Origin: an uncultured Salinibacterium sp.
GTDB lineage: Bacteria > Actinomycetota > Actinomycetes > Actinomycetales > Microbacteriaceae
Assembly: GCF_963974405.1 (NCBI RefSeq)
Contig: NZ_CAXBBH010000004.1
Span: 17,618 to 81,617 of the forward strand
DNA: 64,000 nt
Reading direction: 5' to 3'
Of this stretch, positions 1 to 11,300 are shown piece after piece. The translations under genes were made by a program, and so were the position numbers. The notes beneath the pieces were generated by a model. The model ran no database searches and was not told the origin of the DNA. It saw only the letters and a program-made list of their open reading frames with translations. Position 1 is the stretch's first letter. Each line of letters starts with the position of its first letter.

Positions 1-1431
1 GTTGTAGAGGAACGGGATCATCGAGATCGCGAGAACAAATGCACCGATCGTCGAGACCTGGTTCATCCACGTCACGCCGTCTTCTTCAAGGTACGTGCGG
101 TAACGACGCGGAAGAGCGACGACACCGGCCCAGTGTTGGATGAGGAAGGTCATGTGGAAACCGATAAACAGCAACCAGAAGTGGATCTTTCCCAGACGCT
201 CGTTGAGCATCTTTCCCGTCCATTTGGGCCACCAGAAGTAGAACCCACTGAACATGGCGAACACAACGGTTCCGAATACGACGTAGTGGAAGTGGGCTAC
301 GACAAAGTAGGTGTCCGAAACGGGGAAGTCGAGCGGCGGGCTGGCCAAGATAACGCCGGTAAGCCCACCGAAGGTGAACGTAACGAGGAAGCCAATCGCC
401 CACAACATGGGAGTTTCGAAGGTGATCGAACCGCGCCACATTGTGCCGATCCAGTTGAAGATCTTCACACCCGTTGGCACCGCGATGAGCATTGTCATGA
501 GCGAGAAGAACGGGAGAAGTACAGAACCGGTGACGTACATGTGGTGAGCCCACACCGTTACCGAAAGAGCGGCGATCGAGATCGTTGCGTAGATCAGGGT
601 GCTGTAGCCGAAGATCGGCTTACGACTGAAGACGGGGAATACTTCAGAGACAATTCCGAAGAACGGCAGCGCAATGATGTAGACCTCAGGGTGGCCGAAG
701 AACCAGAAGAGATGCTGCCAGAGCAGAACACCGCCGTTCGCCGGGTCGTAGATATGAGCATCAAACACACGGTCTGCGGCGAGGCCGAACATGGCTGCGG
801 CCAAAACGGGGAAGGCCATGAGGATCAGCAGCGACGTCACGAGAGTGTTCCAGGTGAAGATCGGCATGCGGAACATCGTCATGCCGGGAGCACGCATCGT
901 GATGATGGTGGTGATGAAGTTGACGGCACCGAGAATCGTTCCGAAACCGCTCATTACAAGGCCGAAGACCCAGAGGTTTCCACCGATACCGGGCGAGAAC
1001 GTTGTGCTAGAGAGAGGCGCGTAAGCGAACCAACCGAATGATGCCGCGCCTTGAGGCGTGAGGAATCCGGCGACAGCAATGAGCGAACCAAAGCTGTAGA
1101 GCCAGTAAGCGAAAGCGTTGAGTCGCGGGAACGCTACGTCAGGGGCACCGATCTGAAGCGGCATGAGAACGTTTGCGAACCCAGCGAACAGAGGCGTTGC
1201 AAACATCAACAACATGATCGTTCCGTGCATCGTGAACAACTGGTTGTACTGCTCACCGGTTGCGACGATGGCGAGACCCGGCTCAAAGAGCTGAGCACGG
1301 ATTACTAGCGCCATCACACCGCCGAGAAGGAAGTAAAAGAATGACGTGATCAGGTACATGTACCCAATAGTTTTGTGGTCCGTCGAGGTGATCCAGTTCA
1401 CCATGACGTTGCCCTTACGTTCGACGCTCAT
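1..1431 (-). CDS. ctaD: cytochrome c oxidase subunit I, N-terminal 477 codons (3' end runs off the left window edge)
   Basis: Absent from the ORF track because it is open at the edge. My minus-strand translation from the ATG at 1431..1429 gives [27 protein letters not shown]. Around 690-720 it gives [16 protein letters not shown], the heme-copper oxidase subunit I signature. The frame stays open to base 1 (1431 nt = 477 codons). It starts 6 nt after the ctaC stop. Confidence 0.93.
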   Translation of the reverse strand, partial: MSVERKGNVMVNWITSTDHKTIGYMYLITSFFYFLLGGVMALVIRAQLFEPGLAIVATGEQYNQLFTMHGTIMLLMFATPLFAGFANVLMPLQIGAPDVAFPRLNAFAYWLYSFGSLIAVAGFLTPQGAASFGWFAYAPLSSTTFSPGIGGNLWVFGLVMSGFGTILGAVNFITTIITMRAPGMTMFRMPIFTWNTLVTSLLILMAFPVLAAAMFGLAADRVFDAHIYDPANGGVLLWQHLFWFFGHPEVYIIALPFFGIVSEVFPVFSRKPIFGYSTLIYATISIAALSVTVWAHHMYVTGSVLLPFFSLMTMLIAVPTGVKIFNWIGTMWRGSITFETPMLWAIGFLVTFTFGGLTGVILASPPLDFPVSDTYFVVAHFHYVVFGTVVFAMFSGFYFWWPKWTGKMLNERLGKIHFWLLFIGFHMTFLIQHWAGVVALPRRYRTYLEEDGVTWMNQVSTIGAFVLAISMIPFLYN

Positions 1432-1436
1432 GAGCC

Positions 1437-2315
1437 CTATTCCTCGTCGCTGCTGCCGTTGCCGGGCAAGTTCTGGTTGACGTTGTATTCAAGTCCGATT
1501 TGACCATCGAAGCCTGCTGCACGCTGACCCTCGATGTAATCGTCGTACTCAGCTTGGGAGACAACTTTTACCGTGAAGAGCATGAGCGAGTGATATTCAC
1601 CACAGAGCTCAGCGCACTTTCCTTGGTACGTGCCTTCCTTCGTGGGGATGAAGTACATGTAGTTGCTCTTGCCGGGGATCATGTCCTTCTTGTAAAGGAA
1701 GTCCACCACCCAGAAAGAGTGAATAACGTCGCGAGACTCAATTTTGATCTCAACCTTTTTGTCAACAGGCAGAACCAGTTGCGGAAGGTTGTCGACGTCT
1801 ACAGTTCCGTCGGGATTGAAGTCTGCTTGCACACCTGCGCTATAGACGTTGTCGTCAACGTAGTTGAAGTCCCAGGCCCAACGCTTACCGATGACCTCAA
1901 TAGAGACATCCGGATTGACCTCGACCTTTTCGATTTCCGCTTGATCACGCGCAGTGAAAGCGAAGAAACCGATCACCAAGATGAGCGGAACGATGGTGTA
2001 AAACACTTCGATCGGCATGTTGTATCGAAGCTGAACGGGGAGACCCGTCTGGCCGCGACGACGGCGGTATACGACGGCGGCCCAAATGATAAGCCCCCAC
2101 GTGATGACACCCACCACGAGCAATACCATCCACGATGTTACCCACAGGCCGATAATGCGGCTGGTGTGGTTAGTGGTTTCGGGATCTCCCGGGAGCCAGC
2201 CCTGCAATTGCTCTTGAGTACAGCCGGTCAGGACCAGCATCGTAACCAGAGCGAGTGGGATCGCTGCCCATCGAATTCGGCGGTTAGAGCGCACCTGTGA
2301 CCTCTCGAAGAACAC
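1437..2315 (-). CDS. ctaC: cytochrome c oxidase subunit II
   Basis: 292-aa ORF with the CuA motif [12 protein letters not shown]. Lipobox-like LVLTGC followed by TM helices at the N-terminus. Lies directly upstream of ctaD. Confidence 0.93.
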   Translation of the reverse strand: MFFERSQVRSNRRIRWAAIPLALVTMLVLTGCTQEQLQGWLPGDPETTNHTSRIIGLWVTSWMVLLVVGVITWGLIIWAAVVYRRRRGQTGLPVQLRYNMPIEVFYTIVPLILVIGFFAFTARDQAEIEKVEVNPDVSIEVIGKRWAWDFNYVDDNVYSAGVQADFNPDGTVDVDNLPQLVLPVDKKVEIKIESRDVIHSFWVVDFLYKKDMIPGKSNYMYFIPTKEGTYQGKCAELCGEYHSLMLFTVKVVSQAEYDDYIEGQRAAGFDGQIGLEYNVNQNLPGNGSSDEE

Positions 2316-2382
2316 GGACTAATACCTTTCCAGTGTATATGCAGCGAGAGGGGGTAATACTTACCGGCTCGCCCCGCACAAG

Positions 2383-2411
2383 CGAAAAGGTGCACCAAAT
2401 CGGCGCACCTT
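2383..2411 (-). terminator. possible intrinsic terminator after the HesB/IscA gene
   Basis: Inverted repeat AAGGTGC (2387..2393) / GCACCTT (2405..2411), with extra CC/GG pairing inside the loop. On the minus strand the stem runs into CCTTTTCG, a weak T tract. Confidence 0.4.
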
Positions 2412-2431
2412 CTCGCAAAATTGCTATGAAA

Positions 2432-2788
2432 TTAGTGAAAACTGTCGCCGCAGGCACAGCTGCCCTCGGCGTTGGGGTTGTCGATAGTGAACCCCTGCTT
2501 CTCAATCGTGTCTTCGAAGTCGATGCTCGCACCCTCAAGATACGGAACACTCATTTTGTCGACGACAACCTCGACGCCATCACCGAAATCACGGCTGACA
2601 TCTCCATCGAGGAAGCGCTCGTCGAAGTAGAGCTGATAGATGAGCCCTGAGCATCCGCCCGGCTGAACCGCCAAACGCAGACGCAGGTCGTCACGGCCCT
2701 CTTGCGACATGAGACTACGAACCTTGTTCGATGCAGCCTCAGTCAGTGCAACACCGTGGGTGTCAGTTTCAACAGCGGAATCAGTCAT
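2432..2788 (-). CDS. erpA: HesB/IscA-family iron-sulfur cluster insertion protein
   Basis: 118 aa. Has the conserved Cys in QPGGCSG and the C-terminal CACGDSFH motif typical of A-type Fe-S carriers. Confidence 0.85.
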   Translation of the reverse strand: MTDSAVETDTHGVALTEAASNKVRSLMSQEGRDDLRLRLAVQPGGCSGLIYQLYFDERFLDGDVSRDFGDGVEVVVDKMSVPYLEGASIDFEDTIEKQGFTIDNPNAEGSCACGDSFH

Positions 2789-2797
2789 GACGTAATT

Positions 2798-4216
2798 CTA
2801 CGCCCGCCTTTCCAACTTTGCGAGCAGGAGCGCCTCCGTGAGGATCGCGCGCTTGAAGACACCGAGATGCAGCGACTCATTAGGACTGTGCGCGCGAGAC
2901 TCGGGGTCCTCCACTCCGGTGACGAGAATCTGCGCCTCGGGGAACACCTCGACGAGGTCAGAGATGAAAGGTATCGAACCACCAATTCCCGTCTCCAGCG
3001 GCTCATTTCCCCAGGCTTCGTGCATTGCAGATTTGACGACCTCAACGGCCCAGCCACTCGTATCGACCAAGAACGGGCTGCCTTTGTCCACGTCTGAAAT
3101 CTCAAGGTGCGCACCGAATGGCGCGTGTGCCTCGAGGTGATCACGCAGCGCAATAAACGCAGCTTCGGGATCCTGACCAGGCGCTATTCGAGCACTGACT
3201 TTAACGGTCACGCTCGGTGCCAACGTGTTCGATGCATTCATCACGGTCGGAGCGTCGATTCCCGTGATCGTCACCGATGGCTTGTCCCATAGGCGGCTCA
3301 ATACGCTGCCATCGCCAATTGACGAAACACCATCAAGCAGTCCCGCCTCGTGACGCAATTTCTCTTCGCTGTACTCGGGCGTGTGGGAGTCACGGCTCGT
3401 AAGCCCGTCGACCGCGACGGCTCCGTCCTCGCCGTGCAGGGTTGCTAGGAGCTTGATAGCCGCAAGCATGGCATCCGGAACCGCTCCCCCAAACATCCCT
3501 GAGTGCGACGCATGAGCCAATGTGGAAATCTTGAGCTTGAACGTCACGTTGCCGCGAAGGCCAACCGTAAGCGACGGGGTGTTGATGTCCCAGTTGTCCG
3601 AGTCGGCGACAACGATGACATCCGCAGCCAACTTCTCGCGGTTCTCCTTAATGAAGTTGGCAAATGAGCGCGAACCAAATTCTTCTTCTCCTTCGAAGAA
3701 GGCCACAAGCCCCAGATCGAAGTCATCGCCCACTGTTTCTGAAAATGCGCGAATAGCCGCCACGTGCGCCATGATTCCGGCCTTATCGTCGGCGGCACCA
3801 CGCCCGTAAAGGCGGTCGCCACGCACAGTCGGCTCGAACGGTGGTGAATCCCAATCTTCGTCGTTGCCGGGAGGCTGTACGTCATGATGCGCGTACAGCA
3901 AGATGGTGGGCTTGCCGTTCTTGGCTTGACGCGTAGCCAGAACGGCGGGATGCCCGAGAGTTTCGCCCTCGATGGGCGCACGAGCCAGCTCAACAGAGTC
4001 AAATACACCGATGCCTTCGATCAATGCCTTGGCCGCTTCGGCGCTGCGCTTTACCTGATCAGAATCAAAACCGTCCCACGACACTGACGGGATACGAACC
4101 AAAGATGCCAGCTCCGCAATCGTGGCAGGCAGTGCTGCTTCCACAGCCTCAGTGAGGGGAACGAGCAGAGGATCGGGGGTCGTCGACGCTGACGTCGGAT
4201 GCGGCGTGTGAGTCAT
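2798..4216 (-). CDS. M20-family metallopeptidase (dipeptidase-like)
   Basis: M20 metal-ligand blocks YAHHDVQP, GRGAADDKAG and FEGEEEFGS. The ORF track extends to 4267. I prefer the internal ATG at 4216 (MTHTPHP...) because the longer form overlaps the divergent gene starting at 4255. Confidence 0.8.
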   Translation of the reverse strand: MTHTPHPTSASTTPDPLLVPLTEAVEAALPATIAELASLVRIPSVSWDGFDSDQVKRSAEAAKALIEGIGVFDSVELARAPIEGETLGHPAVLATRQAKNGKPTILLYAHHDVQPPGNDEDWDSPPFEPTVRGDRLYGRGAADDKAGIMAHVAAIRAFSETVGDDFDLGLVAFFEGEEEFGSRSFANFIKENREKLAADVIVVADSDNWDINTPSLTVGLRGNVTFKLKISTLAHASHSGMFGGAVPDAMLAAIKLLATLHGEDGAVAVDGLTSRDSHTPEYSEEKLRHEAGLLDGVSSIGDGSVLSRLWDKPSVTITGIDAPTVMNASNTLAPSVTVKVSARIAPGQDPEAAFIALRDHLEAHAPFGAHLEISDVDKGSPFLVDTSGWAVEVVKSAMHEAWGNEPLETGIGGSIPFISDLVEVFPEAQILVTGVEDPESRAHSPNESLHLGVFKRAILTEALLLAKLERRA

Positions 4217-4254
4217 ACGAGTAATCTTAGATCGACACCAACGCAAGGAACCCC

Positions 4255-4836
4255 GTGGCAAAAGCATCTTCGACCAATAACACCCCAGCTCCCGAGAGTT
4301 CTGACGAGCACGATACCGTCAGCGCTGGAAAGGGTCGTCCAACTCCCACTCGCAAGGAGCGTGAGGCGGCAAATCTGCGTCCTCTCGTCTCCAACGACCG
4401 CAAAGAAGCGCGTCGTACGGCTCGAACCCAGATGCAGGCTGAGCGTGAACGAGCGCGCATCGGCATGGCTAATGGCGAAGAGAAGTACCTTCCCATCCGC
4501 GATCGCGGCCCCCAGAAGCGCTTCGTTCGAGACTATGTCGACGCCCGCTTCAATGTAGGCGAGCTACTGGTGCCGATGATGTTCGCGGTAATTATCATGA
4601 CGTTTTTTCCTCAGCCCGAAGTGCAGGTCATTGGGCTCATGGCGCTGTGGGGCTTCTTCCTCGTTGCCGCGATCGATGCCATATTGCTTGGCCTTCGGCT
4701 GCGAAAGAAGCTCGCTGAAAAGTTCGGAGAGTCACGTGCCGAACGCGTTCGTTGGTATGCAGCAATGCGCTCGCTCCAACTGCGCATCATGCGCTTGCCG
4801 AAACCGCAGGTCAAGCGCGGCCAGTTTCCCGTCTAA
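4255..4836 (+). CDS. DUF3043-type membrane protein
   Basis: 193 aa with a GTG start. Basic N-terminus GKGRPTPTRKEREAANLRPLV followed by two TM helices, the architecture I associate with actinobacterial DUF3043. Confidence 0.7.
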   Translation: MAKASSTNNTPAPESSDEHDTVSAGKGRPTPTRKEREAANLRPLVSNDRKEARRTARTQMQAERERARIGMANGEEKYLPIRDRGPQKRFVRDYVDARFNVGELLVPMMFAVIIMTFFPQPEVQVIGLMALWGFFLVAAIDAILLGLRLRKKLAEKFGESRAERVRWYAAMRSLQLRIMRLPKPQVKRGQFPV

Positions 4837-4897
4837 CCGCTGTGCGAGCGTAATAGAGCCATTCCATCGTTGACCGCAGCTGGCTACGCATAGGCAG

Positions 4898-5929
4898 CTA
4901 CGAGGCGTCGGAGCGGAGCAGTTTCGGGAGGCGAGCGTTGATCGATCGCGCCCAGAACGGACCGCGATAGATGAATCCCGTGTAGCCCTGCACGAGGGTG
5001 GCCCCTTCACGAAGCCGCTGCGCCACGTCCTCTGCAGTCTCGACTCCGCCGACAGAGATTACGCAAAACTCGGCCGGCACAACCGTGCGGATGATGCGGA
5101 GCAATTCGAGCGAGCGTGCCGCGACTGGTTTGCCCGATACTCCCCCGGCCCCTGCTGCCTCAACCGTCGCCGCAGGAGTTTTCAGCCCTTCACGCGAGAG
5201 GGTCGTGTTCGTCGCGATAATGCCGTCGAGTTCATCGACGGCGAGGCGAGCGATCGCGCGCGCTTCATCATCAGTCACATCTGGCGCGATCTTCACAAGC
5301 ACAGGAGTGTCTCCCGCGGCCGCTTTTACCGCTGTAAGAAGAGGCTTCAATTTGTCGATCTCCTGCAGCCCCCGCAGACCAGGAGTGTTCGGTGAACTGA
5401 CATTGACGACAAGATAATCGGCAAGCGGTGCAAGCGCTCGAGCACTCGTGAGGTAATCCGCCACAGCATCCTCGACAGCGACCACTCGCGATTTGCCTAT
5501 ATTGATGCCGATGACCGGTCGCCCAGTGCGGCGGCGCGCACGATCAATAACGGCTGACGCTCGCATAGCGCCCGCATTGTTGAAGCCCATGCGGTTGACT
5601 ACCCCGCGGTCGGCCACAAGTCGAAAAAGACGGGGCTTCGGGTTGCCCGGTTGAGGAAGAGCCGTGATGGTTCCGACTTCAACGTGGCTGAATCCCAGTT
5701 GCCCCAACCCGTGAATGCCGACGCCTGACTTATCGAAACCAGCGGCCACACCAAAAGGCGAATCGAAAGTGAGCCCCAGAGTCTCAACGCGTAACGATGG
5801 ATCCGCCGAACGTTGGAAGAGCTTTCCCACGCCCAAGGCAGGAAGAGCTCGAATGACCGCAAAGGCGAGAGAGTGCGCGAACTCCGGATCGAGCCGTTTG
5901 AGAACAGTGCGGAAGAGGAAGTCGTACAT
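4898..5929 (-). CDS. pyrD: dihydroorotate dehydrogenase (quinone), class 2
   Basis: 343 aa with motifs NRMGFNNAG, GINIGK and VNVSSPNTPGLR. Confidence 0.92.
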   Translation of the reverse strand: MYDFLFRTVLKRLDPEFAHSLAFAVIRALPALGVGKLFQRSADPSLRVETLGLTFDSPFGVAAGFDKSGVGIHGLGQLGFSHVEVGTITALPQPGNPKPRLFRLVADRGVVNRMGFNNAGAMRASAVIDRARRRTGRPVIGINIGKSRVVAVEDAVADYLTSARALAPLADYLVVNVSSPNTPGLRGLQEIDKLKPLLTAVKAAAGDTPVLVKIAPDVTDDEARAIARLAVDELDGIIATNTTLSREGLKTPAATVEAAGAGGVSGKPVAARSLELLRIIRTVVPAEFCVISVGGVETAEDVAQRLREGATLVQGYTGFIYRGPFWARSINARLPKLLRSDAS

Positions 5930-5985
5930 AGCTAGTGGTGCTCTCAGAGATAGAAGGCGGGAACATCAATACGTCACCGTGGCGA

Positions 5986-6444
5986 CTAGGTGGCAGTGCC
6001 GTGATCCAATCGAAGCTGGCTAATCGCAGAATCGAAGTCATCAAGGGAATCGAAGGCTTGGTACACGCTAGCGAACCGCAAGTACGCGACTTCATCCAGA
6101 TCACGAAGCGGCGACAAGATGGCAAGACCGATCTCATTTGCATCGATCTGCGCGGCGCCAGTGGCCCGAATAGCCTCTTCCACTTTTTGCGCAAGCACTG
6201 CCAAGTCGGTATCAGTAACAGGGCGCCCCTGGCATGCCTTGCGCACGCCACTGACGATCTTCTCGCGACTGAACGACTCGACGACTCCGTTGCGCTTAAT
6301 CACGTTGAGCGACGCAGTTTCTGTCGTGGAAAAACGACGCCCGCACTCGGGGCACTGTCGACGACGACGAATCGAAAGGCCATCGTCACTGGTTCGCGAG
6401 TCAACGACCCTGCTGTCAGGATGCCTGCAAAAAGGGCAATACAT
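5986..6444 (-). CDS. nrdR: transcriptional repressor NrdR
   Basis: 152 aa. N-terminal zinc ribbon [17 protein letters not shown]...CPECGRRF followed by an ATP-cone. Confidence 0.95.
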   Translation of the reverse strand: MYCPFCRHPDSRVVDSRTSDDGLSIRRRRQCPECGRRFSTTETASLNVIKRNGVVESFSREKIVSGVRKACQGRPVTDTDLAVLAQKVEEAIRATGAAQIDANEIGLAILSPLRDLDEVAYLRFASVYQAFDSLDDFDSAISQLRLDHGTAT

Positions 6445-6464
6445 AGTGGGTCAAGCGTACCCGG

Positions 6465-7778
6465 TCAGCGGTCGCTGAATCGCATACTCACAGCAGAGCC
6501 GTGAGCGGGCAGATCTTCTGCTGAACTCAAAGCGACAATGTGAGGTTCCAGCTCGCGCAAAGCGTCGTGGCTGTAGCGAATGATTTGCTGCGGCCGGAGG
6601 AAAGTGTAGGCACCGAGTCCCGAGGAGAACCGTGATTGTCCGCCGGTAGGCAGCACGTGATTCGATCCCGCGAGATAGTCGCCCAAGCTCACCGGCGACT
6701 GGTCGCCAAGAAATATCGCACCCGCGTTATCAATCATGTCGAGCACTGCCCCAGACTCTTCCGTCTGAATCTCGAGGTGCTCGGGGCCGTAAGCGTTACT
6801 CAAGGCAGCGGCAGCAGCCATGTCGTTCACGAGCACAATTGCGGATTGTTGACCATCGAGTGCAATAGCTGCACGCTCGGAGTGCGCGGTCTCGGCCAAT
6901 TGCTCCGCGAGGTGTGACCGTACAGCATCAGCAAGCTCTTCTGAGTCGGTGACGAGCACGGCAGCTGCGAGCTCGTCATGCTCCGCTTGACTCAGTAGGT
7001 CGGCGGCTACGAGTCGAGGATCGGCCGAACCGTCGGCGATGATCAGTATCTCGGTCGGGCCGGCCTCGGAATCGATGCCCACCACACCACGAACCGCACG
7101 CTTCGCGGCGGCAACATAAACATTGCCCGGCCCAGTAATGATGTCAACCGGGTCGAGCCCCAACTCGTGGACTCCATAGGCGAAAGCACCGATAGCACCG
7201 GCTCCGCCCATCGCGTAGACCTCGTCGACGCCCAAGAGACCTGCGGCGCCCAAGATTGTGGGGTGAACCGCTCCCCCGAAATTGCGTTGCGGCGGCGACG
7301 CTAGAGCGACCGATGACACACCAGCAACCTGCGCAGGAACAACATTCATGATCACGCTGGAGGGATACACTGCTTTGCCACCAGGAACATACAATCCGAC
7401 TCGGTTGACAGGTTGCCAACGCTGAACAATCTCGGCGCCATCACCCAGCTCGGTCATCATCGGCTGCGGTACTTGCGCCTTGCTCGCGGTGCGGACACGA
7501 TCAATTGCCAGTTCAAGGGACTCCCGAACGGCAGGTTCAAGGCCACGCGTCGCTCGGGTAATTTCATCCGCATGGATTCGAACCCGCTCAGGGAGAACGC
7601 CATCGAGACGCTCGGCTTGGTCGAGAAGAGCCTGCTCACCGCGCTCTCGAACATCGTCAATGAGCTTTATCGCAGCAGCGGATGCGACTGACACGTCTGT
7701 CTGCGCGCGCGGGATGACACGAGACAATTCCGCTCGATTGAGAGCGACGGACCGGAGATCAATAGTATTCAGCGACAT
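6465..7778 (-). CDS. hisD: histidinol dehydrogenase
   Basis: 437 aa with HisD blocks LLSQAEHDE, GPEHLEI and GDYLAGSNHVLPT. Confidence 0.93.
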   Translation of the reverse strand: MSLNTIDLRSVALNRAELSRVIPRAQTDVSVASAAAIKLIDDVRERGEQALLDQAERLDGVLPERVRIHADEITRATRGLEPAVRESLELAIDRVRTASKAQVPQPMMTELGDGAEIVQRWQPVNRVGLYVPGGKAVYPSSVIMNVVPAQVAGVSSVALASPPQRNFGGAVHPTILGAAGLLGVDEVYAMGGAGAIGAFAYGVHELGLDPVDIITGPGNVYVAAAKRAVRGVVGIDSEAGPTEILIIADGSADPRLVAADLLSQAEHDELAAAVLVTDSEELADAVRSHLAEQLAETAHSERAAIALDGQQSAIVLVNDMAAAAALSNAYGPEHLEIQTEESGAVLDMIDNAGAIFLGDQSPVSLGDYLAGSNHVLPTGGQSRFSSGLGAYTFLRPQQIIRYSHDALRELEPHIVALSSAEDLPAHGSAVSMRFSDR

Positions 7779-7845
7779 GGCTTGACCATGCTAGTTCTTT
7801 CTCTGCTCGGAATTCGCCGTGGCCAATTAGGGTTGAGGAGATCAT

Positions 7846-8367
7846 ATGGATAATTCAGACGCAACAGACGGAATTGACGCCTTCAAGGGCGCCTTCAGAC
7901 GGCACGCAGCGGGCGTCGCAGCGATCACCTCGGTCGCGCCCGACGGGCGCCCAGTCGGGTTCACAGCGACCTCTCTAGCTTCGCTCGCGGCCGTGCCGCC
8001 CCTCGCCACGTTCAACATGGCACAGGTCTCAAGCTCGTGGCCCGCGATAACAGTGGGCAACCAGGTCGCGATCCACATGCTCGGCCCGCGTAGTCGCCAC
8101 CTCGCCGAGACCATGGCAGCGGATCACGACCTTCGATTTGTCGGTGATCACTGGAAAGCGAGCGAAAACGGGCTTCCACTGCTTGAGGGAGCGACCGCTG
8201 TCATGATCGGGCACATTGTGGATGTGCATCCGGTGCATAACAACGCGGTCGTTGTCGTAGAAATCGACCATGGTCTACTGGGCGAAGAAGATGAAGCGCT
8301 GCTCTACCACGAACGCACCTACATGCGCCCTGCAGCGCTCAGTGAAGACGCCGCATCTGCTCACTAG
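7846..8367 (+). CDS. flavin reductase family protein
   Basis: 173 aa. FRRHAAGVAAITS...GRPVGFTATSLASLAAVPPLATFNM is typical of the flavin reductase-like FMN-binding fold. Its stop overlaps the dnaE stop (shared CTAG). Confidence 0.8.
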   Translation: MDNSDATDGIDAFKGAFRRHAAGVAAITSVAPDGRPVGFTATSLASLAAVPPLATFNMAQVSSSWPAITVGNQVAIHMLGPRSRHLAETMAADHDLRFVGDHWKASENGLPLLEGATAVMIGHIVDVHPVHNNAVVVVEIDHGLLGEEDEALLYHERTYMRPAALSEDAASAH

Positions 8368-11300
8368 CCGAGGGATCCAGGACCGAGCAGCGACTTAACT
8401 TCGCCGTATAAATCGGCAGAGACCTTTACCCGATAAGGAAGCTCGAAGACTCGTGCGACATCACCACGAACGAGACGCAACCGCACCTCGACGTCGCCCG
8501 AGTGCCGGATCAGTACTTCGCCGAGCCCCGATACAACGTCGGTCGTAGCCCGCTGCTCCTTGACCGTCAGCACGATCGGTCCAGAACCTAAGCTAGGCCC
8601 GAGATCGGGTGAGAACATGCTCACAGCGTGAAGGTTCATCCCGTCATCGCGGGCACTCGCGCGACCTCGAACCACGACGATGGAATCGTTCACGAGCCCC
8701 GGAGCAAACTCCTGGTACGTCTTGCCGAGGAACATCACGTCAATTTCGCCGGCAAAGTCTTCAACAGTCACGATTCCGTACTGGTTACCGCTATTGCGGG
8801 CAACACGATGCTGCACGCTCGTCACAAGCCCCGCGATCGACACATGCTCACCGTCAGCCACGGCGTCTCCCGAAAGAACTTCGGTGATCGTGAAGTCTTG
8901 ATGCTTAGCGAGCTGAAGCTCGAGGCCCGAGAGCGGATGGTCAGAGACATAGAGCCCTAGCATCTCGCGCTCGAAAGCGAGCTTGTCGCGCTTCGACCAT
9001 TCAGGCCGATCAGGAACGCCATCATCATCTTCATCAAAATCGAAGATTCCGCCGAAGAGGTCGATCTGACCGTTAGCTTCGTTGCGTTTGAGGCTCACGG
9101 CCGAGTCGCACGCACCCTCATGTATCTCTAACAGGCCGCGACGCGTGGCACCCAGAGAATCAAAAGCACCAGACTTGATCAACGATTCGACAGTCCGTTT
9201 GTTAGCGACCTGAATCGACACCTTTCGCAAGAAATCGTGAAAAGACTCAAAACGCCCCTTGTCGGTGCGCGCCCGACCGATCTGCTCCACAACGGACGCA
9301 CCAACGTTACGCACAGCCCCGAGGCCGAAACGGATATCGCCAGCGACAGCAGTGAAGTTCACGGTCGACTCATTAACATCTGGTGCCAGCACCTTGATGC
9401 CCATTCGACGGCACTCACTCAAGTACATTCCGAGTTTGTCTTTGGAATCACCAACACTGGTCAACAATGCCGCCATATACTCGGCCGGGTAATTGGCCTT
9501 GAGGTAGGCGGTCCAGTAACTCAGGACACCGTAACCAGCGCTGTGCGCCTTATTGAAGGCGTAGTCAGCGAAGGGCATGAGGGTTTCCCACAGCACCTTA
9601 ACCGCTTCTTTGCTGTACCCGTTGTCGAGCATTCCGGTTTCAAAACCGATGAACTGCTTGTCGAGCTCTTCCTTCTTCTTCTTACCCATGGCACGACGAA
9701 GAACGTCTGCTTGACCAAGAGTGAAGCCAGCAACCTTCTGAGCAACCGACATCACTTGCTCTTGGTAAACAATCAGACCAAATGTTGTGCCAAGAATCTC
9801 TCGCAGGGGTTCTTCGAGCTCGGCGTGAATTGCGTCGATGCCCTCGAGCCCGTTCTTGCGAAGAGCGTACTTAGTGTGGGAGTTCATTCCCATGGGACCC
9901 GGGCGGTACAGCGCGATAACGGCCGAGATGTCTTCGAAGTTAGTGGGTTTGAGTTGCTTGAGTAGCGCACGCATTGGTCCACCATCGAGCTGGAACACGC
10001 CAAGAGTATCGCCGCGCGCGAGCAAGTCATAGGTCTTCTGATCAGCATCCAGATCGAGATCTTCGATGATGAGCGGAGACCCCGTGTTCGCTTCAATCAT
10101 CTTGAGCGCGTCTTCGATCACCGTGAGGTTTCGAAGCCCCAAGAAGTCCATCTTGATAAGTCCGAGACTTTCAAGCGGCGGCTGATCAAACTGGGTGATG
10201 ATGGCGCCATCGTCTTCACGGCGCATAATCGGCAAGACGTCGAGCAATGGTTCAGCGGAGAGAACGACACCTGCAGCGTGAACACCCCATTGACGCTTGA
10301 GACCTTCGAGTCCCACAGCCGTCTCGAAAACTTTCGCAGCCTCGTGATCTGTATCAACAATTCCGCGGATGTCAGCGGCTTCTTTATACCGCGCAGCATC
10401 TTTGTTTCGCACATCACCGAGCGAAATATCTTTACCCATGATGGCGGGAGGCATTGCCTTGGTGAGCTTTTCGCCCACCGAGTAAGGCATGCCCAGTACG
10501 CGCGCCGAGTCTTTCAACGCTTGCTTAGCTTTAATCGTTCCATAGGTGACGATTTGAGCGACACGGTCGTCGCCGTATTTGTCGGTGACATAACGAATTA
10601 CTTCGCCACGTCGACGATCATCGAAGTCGACGTCGACGTCGGGCATAGATACACGCTCAGGGTTTAAGAAGCGCTCGAAAATGAGGCCGTGCGCCAGCGG
10701 GTCGAGCTCTGTGATTCCGACCGCGTAAGAAGCCATAGAACCAGCTGCGGAACCACGACCTGGGCCCACTCGAATGCCTTGCGACTTAGCCCACTGAATG
10801 AAGTCAGCCACCACCAAGAAGTAGCCGGGAAAACCCATCTGCTGAATGACGTCGACTTCGTACTTTGCCTGAGCCAAGTGCGCTTCAGACGGGGCATTGT
10901 TGAAGCGCTTGTTCATTCCACGCGCTACCTCTTTTTCGAACCAGGTAGCTTCTGTCTCACCCTCAGGAACCGGGAATCGCGGCATCAGATCGCGGCCTTC
11001 GAAATTAATCTCGGAGCGTTCAGCGATCAGGAGCGTGTTGTTGCAGGCTTCTGGATGCTCGCGGAATAGCGAACGCATTTCAGCCGCCGACTTGAGGTAG
11101 AACTCGTTCGAGTCGAACTTGAAGCGGTTGGGGTCATCGAGAGTGGAGGCGGACTGAACACACAGCAGCGCAGCGTGCGCAGTGGCATCGTGCGCGTGCG
11201 TGTAGTGAAGATCATTCGTGGCCAGAAGCGGCATATCAAGCTCTTTCGCGAGCTTGATGAGGTCGAGCATCGTGCGACGTTCAATGTCGATGCCATGGTC

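Noticed and set aside
133-1041. Long ORFs antisense to recognised genes: 133..1041, 1500..2300, 9237..9965, 11175..11915, 14281..15015, 21886..22644, 24872..25612, 25839..26726, 29103..29798, 42098..42787, 43130..43876, 44570..45268, 54861..55517 and 56861..57670.
   Set aside because: Each lies opposite an ORF carrying unmistakable family signatures (ctaD, ctaC, dnaE, sepF/yggS, murD, murF, ftsI, rsmH/mraZ, pyc, monooxygenase, FAH). Their translations are R/E/D/H/G-rich with no motifs. Stop-poor antisense frames are expected in GC-rich DNA.
7574-7585. GGATTCGAACCC, the reverse complement of a tRNA T-arm-like GGGTTCGAATCC.
   Set aside because: It lies inside the well-supported hisD coding frame, and no acceptor or anticodon arms can be folded around it. 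This is a chance match.
8364-8367. Convergent genes sharing or abutting stop codons: 8364..8367 (CTAG), 49830..49833, and 56215/56216.
   Set aside because: This is a consequence of a compact genome. There is no evidence of a functional antisense interaction, so I note it only as a packing feature.
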